Below are positions 37,601 through 49,800 of a DNA stretch of 64,000 bases, piece after piece. A program made the position numbers and the translations under genes. A model generated the notes under the pieces. That model did not search any database, was not told where the DNA came from, and saw only the letters and a program-made list of their open reading frames with translations. The stretch is from Balanoglossus misakiensis (taxonomy: Eukaryota > Animalia > Hemichordata): contig CM082595.2 in the NCBI GenBank assembly GCA_040954595.2, positions 5,234,137 through 5,298,136 on the forward strand. Reading direction: 5' to 3'. How positions within the stretch are numbered: the stretch's first letter is position 1; each line of letters starts with the position of its first letter.

Positions 37601-40600
37601 TGAAAACGGGCATAGCTTATATACAACACATCAAGTGATTGAAACCGAGCTAATCTCCTGTTCATTGCTAAGGGAGATTGGCATCGGTTCTGAATCTGCC
37701 AGGGGATTTCTGTTGGCCGTGAGATGGGTATGTTTGCCAGTGCATGAAAATCCGCGGATTCTAACTTTATACCTTTTTGAGTTTTTGAGAAGTCATGGTG
37801 GTTAGTGGCCATGATGCTGACTTTTACAGCTTGGTTGATATTTTTCCACCTCCCCCATGGTGGTAAAATGTCAATGGTATGATCATGATTTTTTTTTAAA
37901 TTACCAATTGAACGTGCATGAGCTGTAAGAGAGCAGCGTGGCTTTACATCGAGTGTTTTCATTGGTGCGAGTCTGTCAGTAAGATAGCAATCATATCATA
38001 TCAACTGCTTTTCAACTTTAAAAAAAAATTCTTGTATTTTGAAAATTCAGATACCAATGAAAATACCAGGATGTAAGGTCACACAAACAAGGGGGCATTT
38101 ACTGAAAATTTTGACTACTGCAGTATTCTTGAATATCCATAATTTGTGTTGACGAGTTGCAATACTGGGTAAATTTACAAATATGGAAAGTGTTTATTTT
38201 AGCATACAGAATGATTCAAGAGACTGCTGTAATCATAGATAATTAATGTAGACATAGTAAAATTTATAAAAATTGTTTATAACAAGTTGATGTATTGACA
38301 AACAACCCAGATCCAAGAGCCATTCTGAGTAAAATAAGCTCAGTAATTATACCGTATTCGCTAATGTCAGAGGTGTATTAAATACTCTGTTCTGAATTGA
38401 ATATTGAGTGTTTCGCAAAATAAACGATAATTGGACTCTTCCCACCCAGTTTCTTTGTGAAATGGGCTGACCAACTCTTGAAATAGGTAGTTATCTTCCA
38501 AAATTAGAGAGGGGAGGGGAGGGGAGGGGGAGGGATGCATGTATAAAAGAAGCTTGAAGTAGTCTGGTCTTAGTTTGCACTGGACAGAATTGTTGCTAGC
38601 TACCTTCGTTATTTCTGACTCCTGATTGTGATTCAGTAGTACATTGCATGCTCTTTCAATCTTGTAACCATATCCACCACCCCTGCATTTCCGTCTTTAA
38701 GTGACCCATCTGACAGTTCGTAATTATGAGTCAGCTCATTTCACAGAGTGTTGGGGGTGGGTGGGTGGGGGAGGGGTGACAAGGAGTTTCAGTTTTGTGT
38801 GTGTGTTAGCAGGAGAGGGACCATCTTACAAAGCCAATACGGTAAAAAAAAAAAAATTAGCTATTGTAAATGGCAGCAAGAACAGTAGTCATATCATCAC
38901 TTGGTAAAAGGGTTAACTAGATTTGTCTGTAGAAAATTGATCTCTCTCTGAGTATACACCATGACTCGTTGAACCGTTCTTCTTTTTTGCCCTCACTGTA
39001 GTCCAACCTTGGAAGCCGGCATTATATCTGGCCAGTCAACTAAGAGGTGTGTCAAACTATCCTGCAAATACGTTAAGTCAAATCAATCTTCTCAGTGGAA
39101 ACCCGCCATCTTTGCAATGTCGTTGTCACAGTGATGAATGAATGCTGTTCTGTGCCTCTTTAATGAGGGATGCGGCTAACTCCTCAGTTTTTTTAGTTCA
39201 AAAGTCGTGTGACGAGGTCACGTCGTATCAGTACTGTCCCGCCTGTTTTTGCTCACAGAAAAGGAGAGAGAGGGAGACCGAGAGAGAGAGCGAGAGAAAA
39301 ATAGCCCCATTTTAGAAATCTGAGAGTAAGCATGCTACACAGCACATAGTTCTACCTCATTGCATCAATGCATTGTGGAGGTTGCAGCTGGATATCCGTT
39401 GGCAACAGAGTGAAATAGTTGTGTTCTGACATTATTCTAGCTGTAGCTGTTTCATTGTGTTCTGCTTCCTGAAAGGGACATTAGCTTGTACCCTGATAAT
39501 CTCAGGATATCTGCCTTTCTTTCCAACCTCTGTTTCATATATCGTACAGCAGTATGCTAAACTGCCCGATTTTGTGCATAATTTCCGATAATTGTAAGCG
39601 AAGAACAAAGTACAAAGAAGCACAAATAATCGAAATTGATGTGGAAAGAATCAGCTATTTTCATGAACCTTTTGTGACATTACATCCTGGTATAATGTCT
39701 TAGCTCTAACTCGTTTTGGTGCAAGGTTAAAAATTAGTTACAATGGCAGTTCAGTAATTTTCAGCAGAGATGTTGACAAAACTGATGGAGTTCTACCGAA
39801 TACCAGGATGTAAGGTCATAAAGAGGTCATGGAAAAATATTATAATAATATGTTAGGGAAAATGTGAAAATATTGACTGTATCATCCAGTTGCCAGCTGA
39901 TTAAAGATATTGTTATCCAGACATTTGTATGTGTATTAAACTCCAAATTATTTTTTGTGATATTCACAGAATGTAAAAATCCAAGCCTGTGTAGTATGTT
40001 TACACATAAAAAGTTGCAGACCATCTCATCTAAGCTATTTGTCAAATATGTTCTGCACGTGATTCTTAGTTTCACAATGAATTGTATAGATGGTATATTT
40101 GGACCAGTTCTGAGTGTGATCGTGAAATTTTAGCCGCATCCTGAATTTTCTAGCTTTCATGTACTGTATATGCACTGTACCGAATGTTTGTCGTGGTATA
40201 AAGACTTCTATGACCCTTTCACCCCCATATGCAGTATCCATAGGTCCAACTGTGTGGTTTAAAAATAGGGACTAGACTAAGTTTGGTGGTGAAAGGGTAC
40301 AGCTGCCCATGCCTGCATGAAGTAATGTGAATTTGACCTCGCCGCTTTGAATATGCTTTCTGTTTCAGTGTGCCATTCAAGCCAATGTTATAACTGTTTA
40401 TGCATAGAATTTTCATGAACACAAGTGTTAATAATGTCATCTTACAAGTTACAGATGTTAGGTTTATGCAAAGGATTATTATTTGCAGTTCTGAACAAAT
40501 CTCAAATTAACAAAAAAAAGTCGTGTTTGCTTGAAGGCACACTGTTCTGTCTTTTGTAGAATTACATTCTTAGATTTGAGAACAAGAACTACGAAGTTTG

Positions 40601-41948
40601 CCTACCCTGAACCCTTTCACCCCCATTTCGCTGTAAATCGGTCCAGACATGCCATAGAAAACAATAGGGGTGAGCCCAAATCTGGCGGTGGAAGGGTGAA
40701 CTTTGTTACTGCAGCTACTCCATAGTTGCTATCATTTGTATATTGCATGATTATCATGTAAGCTTTTATAAATATGTGTCTTGTTGATTGCATTTTATGT
40801 AGCATTTCAGTAATCTCCTACAACTTCATTGACAAATGATAATGAAAGGTGTAAATTCTACATCAATATTAACATCTTAGTGATTTCCTAGCACCTTTAT
40901 TAACACTCTTACAGTGAATATTGTCTTAACCCTTTCACCCCCAGTTCCCTCTTTAGAAGTCCAAACTTACCATAGAAAACAATGGGTTTGGACCGAACCA
41001 TGGTGGTGAAAGGGTTAAGAGGACATGCATACTGTATGATATGCAGTTTCTTTTTCAGATTATTAGTTTGTAATCCCAGGTTGATGGGCCATGGCCAAAG
41101 GGGATCTAAAACTACACTTAAACAAAACATTATGCCTTAAAGGGGAGGGTCGTCTTGCTCATTGTTCCACTGTTCAGGGAGACCCTGCCAACAAATACAT
41201 TTTACCGGTTATATCAAAGTAACTTGGAAATGTGATAAAAAGTTATGATTTGTTGTTTTCCATCATGTACAGTGTGATGCAAAGTCAAAACCACTTTGCA
41301 ATGTTGTACATCAAGGCAGTTACTCTTTGCAGCTACTTAGACTTGCTGGCAGCTGCATTGTATGCTTGCAGTTGTCGATGACCCCTCCCCTTTTAAAAAG
41401 ACGTCTATTCTGTTTCAATTTCTCTACAACCAGCTTAATACATATTCATCTTGATAAGGCTTAAAGCCATGGTAACTGTAGTTATATTTGCATAGGTGGC
41501 CGTATACCTTTAATGACACTGGCTGCGACAGCGTGATATGATCTCAAGGGAGTGGGTTCCTGTCCTGGCATGGCATAGTGTAGTGTCCTTGACCAAGGCA
41601 CTTTAATCCGCAAAAACGGGCTTTGTAATGTATTCATTTGGGGGTCATTGTTTTAACATCTTCATTCCGAGTGTTTAGTTGGGGGTCACTTCAGTATACT
41701 TGTACATGTCGTTGGTTCTGTGTGGTCGAGTCGCGTCTGTACATCGTGCCTGACTCCCGTCTGTGCCCTTTGTGTTGCAGGACGCCGACGACATGCAAAA
41801 CGAGTGGGAGGAGGACCAGAGGTCAAAGGGCAGCCGGAAGAAGAAGAACCGCATGCAGAAGGTGGATCCGCGCATCCTGGGCTTCAGTGTCAATGCTTCG
41901 ACGGAGAGAGTGAACGTGGGGGAGATCGCCACCACGGAGGACGCTTGA
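24166..41948 (+). CDS. GIGYF2: GRB10-interacting GYF protein (GIGYF1/2 orthologue). Exons 24166-24417, 25701-25806, 26014-26110, 27704-27924, 28261-28466, 28835-28919, 29301-29752, 30198-30324, 30582-30748, 31120-31256, 31699-31806, 32308-32641, 33050-33381, 33788-33872, 34219-34338, 34585-34721, 34994-35108, 35494-35663, 36093-36180, 36605-36719, 37154-37359, 41781-41948
   Basis: FGPEWLRALS N-terminus; 4EHP-binding YRYGREEML; LPEW...GTFDSSGAF; GYF domain WFYKDPQGQVQGPF...EWFSAGYF; Q/E/R coiled coil; VESPYEVHDY; C-terminal DPRILGFSVNA...VGEI. All 21 junctions are phase-consistent. Confidence 0.93.
26961..27585 (+). mobile_element. Kolobok-like TTAA MITE (family C) carrying a nested insertion
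   Basis: TIR TTAA-AGGTATACAGTCACCT / AGGTGACTGTATACCT-TTAA; an uninterrupted copy lies at 53330-53522. Confidence 0.78.
27032..27472. mobile_element. Tc1/mariner-like MITE nested in the family C element, with internal ~129 bp duplication
   Basis: TA target duplication and perfect 27 bp TIR CAGTGCAGCTTAGGAATAGCTTTCCAA. Confidence 0.82.
28954..29046 (+). mobile_element. piggyBac-like MITE (family A)
   Basis: TTAACCCTTTCACC...GGTGAAAGGGTTAA. Confidence 0.85.
31908..32025. repeat. (TACA)n then (CAGA)n microsatellite
   Basis: Direct inspection. Confidence 0.95.
37575..38916. mobile_element. Possible 1.3 kb non-autonomous piggyBac-like element in the last GIGYF intron
   Basis: ttaacccttttgccttatgat at 37575 versus reverse complement ttaacccttttaccaagtgat ending at 38916; no transposase ORF. 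Confidence 0.5.
40926..41018 (-). mobile_element. piggyBac-like MITE (family A); degenerate relatives at ~40212-40298 and ~40608-40700
   Basis: Reverse-complement match to 28954-29046 with TTAA ends. Confidence 0.85.
41137..41396. mobile_element. Kolobok-like TTAA MITE
   Basis: ttaaaggggagggtcgtc ... gatgacccctccccttttaa. Confidence 0.6.
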
Positions 41949-43868
41949 ATCGTTTTGAGACTTTTTGTACCCGGGGGACTGATAGTGTACAGTGTAAAGC
42001 CAAGTTCAAGCGTTTCTCTCTCTCTCTCTGTCTCTCCCCCTCCTCTCATGGTGCTGCTTATCCAAGGAAAGGGGTGTGTTTATGTCAAGGAGAGGGGGGG
42101 TTAGTCATAATTTGTGAGGAATTTTTTGAGTCGAGTGTTCATATGTGTGTCAATGGATCTTCCACGCCCAGTCCTTCATTGGGATTACTATTGTTGTCTG
42201 TTGATTATGGATTTTTCCTGTCAGGGTTTTGTCTGTTTCTAGTGATGCGCTACAAACATTTTCAGCGATTATGGAATGATGATAGTTCCATGGATATCGA
42301 GAGGATAGGTGATAATTCGTTAATCTGTGCGTATAGGTCCAGCCTTCGTAACGAGAGGTGAGGTTTAACAGACCAGGCTATTGTAGCTATAAAGGGATTT
42401 AATAAGCACATGTTTGTTAGCAAGGGTTTGATACATGATGATGGGGAGAATGTTTGATGCAAATGCGTCGTGTTTTCCTCAGTACCGGAAACACAAACAG
42501 GACAATTAAAAGACCAGACAGTTTTTATTATATGAATATTTATAATGTCAAAATTCCACTCATGCGGAATATCAAAGTTGAACTCATGCGTGGCAAGATT
42601 TGTTGACACATATATTAACATGCATGCCTCACTGAATTTTATAATATATCGTTTACATATGGGGATAGGCATTCTAGCGTCTCCATAGAAATTGCATACG
42701 ATTTGGTTGATCTTAAAATTATCAGCCACCATCTTTATCAATCAATCGACTGAATGACTTATTATTTTTTGCTTTTGGTTTGTTGATGATTTCTTGTCCT
42801 TTTAACAAAAACAAAATAAAAAAATAGAAATATTTGACATAACCACAAGAGATATTGACCTATGTACATACTGAAAAGAATATTAAAAGATATAAAAAAT
42901 TATTATTGTGTGTTGTTTCAGTGATATTATTCTTTTTGTTGAAGTATGAGTTACTGAAATGGGATTTCCTGGGGAATTTTGAGCTGGTTTCCTATGCATC
43001 TTGAAGATCCGGAAAAAATCTTGGAATTGACACCACTTCTTGGGAAAATGGAATTTATCCTGGAAAGTCCTGGATTTGGCCACTTCTGATGTTGTAAAAT
43101 ATTGTTATGAAAAACATGCCAACTTGCACTTCAGAATTTACACCCCATTTTCAACAATTCATAAATACCGTACACTACATTGTACATCTGTATATCCATA
43201 TCTGACAGCTGTTGTGCCCATGCTCATGATGTGTACACACACCACAGTCCCTATATCCACTGTGTACACACAAACACACAGGCACAAAATGTTGACATCT
43301 CGATCCAGGGTTGCGTATCATGATATTTGTACTGACCCAAAATTGTTACCCTGGATAATTGAATGGTGTTCCATCAATGCTATGCCCTGGGGGAGTTGCA
43401 TCATTTATTTGTCAGAAAGTGAAGATATTATTACATCTTTAAAAACATCTCCAATTGGCACTGTCTGCTACAGCACGTAACTTATAATTTGAATAATACC
43501 ATTATTATTGCAAGCTGGCCACTTAAAGTTCTTAATTACATGTACATCTCGGCGCTTTTCTCAGAGGTATGGTCAATATATCTAAAGCAAAAAGAGAATC
43601 TAAGGCATTCCTCAGAAAAAAAGAGAAAAATGTTAAATATCTGGACGACTAGTTTGGATATAAAACAGTTTTAAATACATAGAAAACCCAGGTGAAATTT
43701 ACAACTGCAAGTTGTCGATTTCACCTGGGCATGGCGCGCCCCCATCGCCTGGGAAAGTGATGATGACATCACAGGTACCCCGGATGTTGACATCATCGCA
43801 GAACTATCAGCCATCTTGGAGCTCTGCTAAATTTGGAAGCGAAATAATTTTATACATACAACAACACA

Positions 43869-46800
43869 ATGTAAGTAATCTTGTAAAATTATGTGTTTTC
43901 ATTAATTTCTTAACCGTATTGATCGATCGGGTGATTCAAACTTTGCAAGAAATTCCCAGTTTGTAATATATGTACCGTGATTTTTGTCGACGATCAGCCG
44001 TGCATATACATCGGATGGGGCGGACACTGTACATACACTCTGTATATTTCAATGAAAACATTCGTTAATTTGATAGATCTGCATTATAAATTAGTATTGC
44101 TGATATATAAATGAAAATTGCTACTGCTCTCGATGTGTATTCGCTGTTGGGGATGTTTAGAGCGATAAACTGTTCTCAAAAGACGTCACGGGATTGAGGC
44201 CCTTTCGGGAGATTTCGCGGCCAACTGAATGAATGAAGGATGTAACATCGTATGATTTCATGTCATGTGAATGGATGATGTTCGGGAAGTCATGCGAACT
44301 GGTGATGATCAACTCTAACCTGACTCATTTTGCAGGAATTTTAGCTTATCTAGGCTTTAACATGTCTTTGCGCCTAAAAGCTAACGATGACTGATCACTT
44401 CTGACAGAATGAATGGGGGTTACAGTTACACACTGAACCCCTCTTTGTCAAAAAAAAAAAATCAATGAAATGACTGTGTAAACTTTCGCCGTCCCAGGTT
44501 CTGCGAAATCAGTGGTATTTTATAATCACAACGCACATTTCTAGTGAAACTGTGCAATGAACAGTTGGAAAGCGACAATGGTTGAAATGGACATTATGGT
44601 CAGTCATGGGCATCACTTGTACATTGCAACCAAACAGGAGTTACCCTCCCACTGACTACAATGGCCTTCTGTCACAGTGAAAACATAACGTAGTGTACAT
44701 GTAGTTGACCTCACGATTCAAGTACACCTCAAAGCCGATGGAATATTGTTAATTGACAGTCGCTCCACCAGATCTATGTGCTTAAATTATTCATTTGCTT
44801 ATGCACTATACTAGTTTTTATTTGGATCTTTGGTTTTAATATGATTGCATATACATGTAAGGTCATACAGAGGGAAAGTATCCTAGGCTCAGATATTATT
44901 CATCATAATGTCGTTTGTACATTGTGATGGGGATAGAGTGACTGTTATTAAATAATAAAAACATAATACTGTATGATTTATAAAATCTCAATATTGTAAT
45001 TTTCATGATAATTATTCGTAATGCAGTGACAGTGCTTTTAACCCAAAGAATAAATGCTTCATCCCAAGGATGGGTAAATAATATTTCCATGGCAACAGAT
45101 TTGTCTGTCAATATGTATCCACTGTTGTGATCCTTAGAAATTTTGCCGCCTGCTTTAATTCCGCGGTTGTTGGCAGGAATACCGTAATGCTCTCGTAGCT
45201 AGCTTTCTGCAAATATGGGTGTGCTAATGGAGCAGTTTGTCAAACACTGAACACACCAACATCCCAGATTTTGACAGGGCTGGTCAGTCTGTAATCGAAT
45301 GCAGTCATATTACACTTTTACAGCACTGCTGAATTATTGAGAGATTTCAATAATTCAGTGATAATGCCCATGCCTATAAATGATTATTCAATTATTTCAT
45401 GAATGAAGTGATTCTGCCAACTGTGATATTTAATAATGATGCCTCAATGTAGATATTTTTTTCCAAGTTATAATTGACAATATTTGGACTGTTCATAGGA
45501 ATTTAATTGAATATGTTCGTTAAATATATTTGTGGGGTTTTATATTTACTTTCAGGGAATGAATACATTTTCTTTCCTAGTCATCCAAATTTCAATGGTA
45601 TATTTTTACCACTTTGCTTGAATTACTTGTAAGTTGACAAGATGCCTTTCATTTCACCCAGTCTGAGTCCTCTAAAATGCAGGATGTTAAACTTTCTATG
45701 TGATAGGTATAAACTATGCCCCCCCCCCCCCCCATTCCCTGTAAATGGTTTCGACTATACCACTGAAGGCAGTATGGTTGAACCAAATCGTGACGGTGAA
45801 AGGGATGGCAAACACATGGATTATGCAAAGGGTACCTGTGCGTGGATAATTGAATGTGGGGAATGGATTTTCCGGCAGATTTGAGGTTGGGATGAATTTG
45901 CCATGACAATGAAATGTACACGGGGATGATGCATTCCAGCAAAGTACCTGAGCTGTTGCCCAGTGCTTAATTGCTCCTCTCTAAAACACCGAAGTGCGAT
46001 ATTTCCAAAGTCCATTTGACCTCTGATCCCCATAGCTCGAAAACTGGAAAGACAGATATATCTCGAGTCATTCTTGTTACAAACTCTGAAATGAATATTT
46101 CCTCACGAATGTTAGTTTCAAGCTTTTGCTAAATTCTCAACCTCTCAATAGAGGTTGCCAAAAGAATATTTGCTGCAAATAATTCCATTCGTACAATGAT
46201 CATTCAATGAATAAATGCCTGATTTCTATTTCAAAAGTTTATTATAGATAAATGCAAATCTACAACCACTTTAAATCTAACAGAGACAGCTTTTAATTTT
46301 AGACAACTAAATTAATAATCATTAATTCCAGTCCATTATAGCTAAGTTATATAATGAACACACCAAATATAAAAATGCCTGAAATGTTTTGGAATAGAAT
46401 TAAATTTATTTTCAGAAGAGCTGCACACTGTACCAATATTACTTATACCTTTAGGGTGGTTATGAGAAGCTGAAATCAGAAATTCCATCAAATTCGCGTA
46501 TATGAAAATGTACTGGGCATTGAGGTGTAACTTAATTCCCAAGGGGAAATTGATAAATGGCAAAAGTGAATATTTTCCTTCCATTGTATCAGAAATGCGC
46601 ATTTGGAATTTGTATGCCAGATTCTGGTTTCTCTTTTTTTCCATGAAAAATGTCAAACAAAAGTAATTTGTGATTTCATTTGAATATTTTACAAGGAATT
46701 GTCCTGTTTGTATGGAAATGATTGCTAATTCTACGGTGGTAATGTACGACCGTGATATTATGCAGTAGCTTGAATATAGAATTTCCGACAAAAATTGTCA

Positions 46801-49800
46801 GTGTGATCTGGGAGGATTGTGGGTTTAAGAAATGAACATGCCCATGGACTCACTACATGTACATTTGTATCGGTATCACTATTCGAAGATGGTCAGTTTG
46901 AGACCTGCTGTTTTGGCATTGAGGCTTGAGCAAGGCACTTTAGTGGTACATCAAGACAGCAAGTGAGCTGTCGTCTGTTGGATGATAGATAGAATAAACA
47001 AAAGATAAAACCAAGCCTTGCTCTTGCCTGTTACTTTTTAGGATATACCACGTACATTTCGATGTTCTTTGTCCGCAAATTACATATTTGAAAGCATAGG
47101 TCAGGGAAGTGCTTGGTCGTTTTAGAGGTGAAATTAGCGTAGAGATTCAGGTTTGTAAAATAATGGTTTTAGGAAAGGTGTGTCACCTCTGTGCACATGA
47201 ATGGGGACAGTGTTTTCGAGTGGGCAGTGAACATTAAAACACACCCATCAATGGACAGTATATTGCATTGTCTGGCTGCATTCCAGGGTAGCAGCCTTCA
47301 GCTTGGTCAGTTTTACAGCCAGTCAAGCAGATACACGCACAAACTGCGTAAAATCAAGACTTCTTTGTTCTTTGTGAAACTCCATGTCCCACCCACACAC
47401 ACACAGAAATCAGGTATGGCTCAGAAATACGCTGGCAGGAACAATGGATCAGTGATATCCCATTAGTATTCCAGTTTCACCGAAAATCGGTTAATCTCTG
47501 AAGGCCCAGAAAAGACTTACCGAACACAATCTACGGATCAAAAGAATCACGTCCGTGATATCAGAGAAAGACGAAAATGGAAAAGAACCACTGAAGTAAT
47601 AAAATTGTTAAAAATTTTCTTAAAAATGTTAAAACATTTCTTGTTTGAAGTGTAATTATCAGATATAGTGCCATTGATTTGTTAGCATAATATCAGAAAT
47701 ATGCAAAGCGCTGGCAAAAAAATCAATTATGGCATGCTAATTAGCTGGAGAAAATAATACTTGGTGTTTGCATAAACATAATGTTATGCCGTCCAGAGAA
47801 TTTACACTCGCAGTAGTCATAAAATATCTACAGTAGTAATAATCCAGTAGCGAAATCAAAATATTTCATTTTGAGTTCAATATCTGATATGTGTGTTTAG
47901 AATACAGAGATATTTATGAAAGGGCGTTTGTCAGATACGTAGACGAGCTACCCTATATACCTCTGGTGTGTTTAGAGTACTACTTTACTTCAGCAGGAGT
48001 GTGGTTATTTTTAGACGCCAGCCAAGCATTAGACCTCCATTGAACGGTGGCACAATTATGCACATGACTATGTTTAATAATTTGCCGCTGGAGACGTCAT
48101 TGCTGCTTTTTTCTACCACTGAGTAATCAAATAATGGCCGTGATAAAGCCGTTCATGAATAATACAAGTGGCACGTTCAGGGGCCTGTTAGAAACGGCAC
48201 CCTTGCTGGGTATCTCAGATGTGTCCAGTTATTACATATGTAGATTTCATTGCCAAGTTTTAATTATACCGGGGTAATCAAAATATTCACCTTTTTTTTT
48301 TGGAGAAATATAATGCTGAATTCTTGATCTGGTGATTACGAGGTGTAGAATTATATCGGGTGATAAAGGTTGTAAGCTGGTGATATTTGATTAATTTTTA
48401 AAGTGCTATGGGTAGTTCGCAGTGTTTGTGCTATGAGAGACCTGGGAGGTGTTGGCAAGGTTGAAGCATGTTGATAGAAGCTCTGTATCCAGTCATTCTG
48501 TTTTCTGGAAAACAAATGTACAGTAAAACCAGCCTAAACCAAACCCTGTCTAATCTGAAAACCTGTCTATACCGAACACATTTTCCTGTCCCTTTGACAA
48601 TGAACGACATGTTAAAGGTATAGACAGGTTTTACTGTACATTTTGTTTTTTTCAAATATTACTATTACGTTCATTTCAATAATTGTTGTCACGTGACGTC
48701 CACTGATAAAAGTGACTACATAAGCTAGGTTTCTTGTTGCCGTAGCAGTGAGAGCAAACATTTTTCACTATTGACCGTGAAATTCTGAATGCTGACAACA
48801 AATATCACACTGGAAATATTACCAAGGTCCTTTGTCCAACCCGTCTCTATGCAAGACACCATCTAATTAAATTAATTCAAAGGGTCTGTGGCTGTGTTTG
48901 TTTCAGACCGGTTTATTTTTAAACCCTCATGAAATATTCAGGTTTACAACATATTTGATTAGACCGGTGTTGTTGATGTTGACAACTGATTTGAGGTTTG
49001 CTCACGTAAGAGGCTAACCGCCAGAATTTTCTGATGCTTTTTTCCACAGGGCAACCCAACCACCGCAAGCTGGTCAACCACCTAGGTAAACTACTGTGGT
49101 GTGATCTCAGACTATCCACAACCCCCCTCCCACACATAACAATCTGTCTTCGTCTTTCCCTAGGTTAAATGTGTACTGTGTACATGTACATTGTGTGTGT
49201 GTATTTCCTTTTTCGAGTTAATTCAGTAGCCTGTGATAAATCGTTGATTGTCGTCACTTGCAGACAGACAGCTGTCTGTCCGAAAAGATACTAATTATGT
49301 AATGTTGCTCCGAAAACCGATAAAGCATTAATAAGGTAAAATTTTAATGGTACACTTCTATGTACAATGATTCATGTGACTGTCAGTGTCACTATGCCAA
49401 AATAGCACACTGACTCATACCAGCAAAATACCAGGATGTAAAGGTCACATAGTGGTCATGAAAGTGGCCTATACCAGATTACCATTAATGTCAAAAGTGA
49501 GCAACATTGGCCCTTTTAATTGTTGATAACAATATCATTGTACTATTCCATACTATAGACAGTTATGTATCTTATCTGTGTTCAAATACTCAACATTCTT
49601 GTTATTGATAATGTTAGACTTAGAGTATGTGTATAACTAACACTTTTTATATTTAGTGCATTTTGTGGCGTGTGGCGTGTATATTTATCTCTAAAGCCCT
49701 ATTTTATGTCTGCTGAACATCCTTGAGTTTGGCTATCTATAGCAAGGCTGAATATGCATATTGTGTATTAGTACTTAGTGGAATTATCTTCCAAAGTGCA

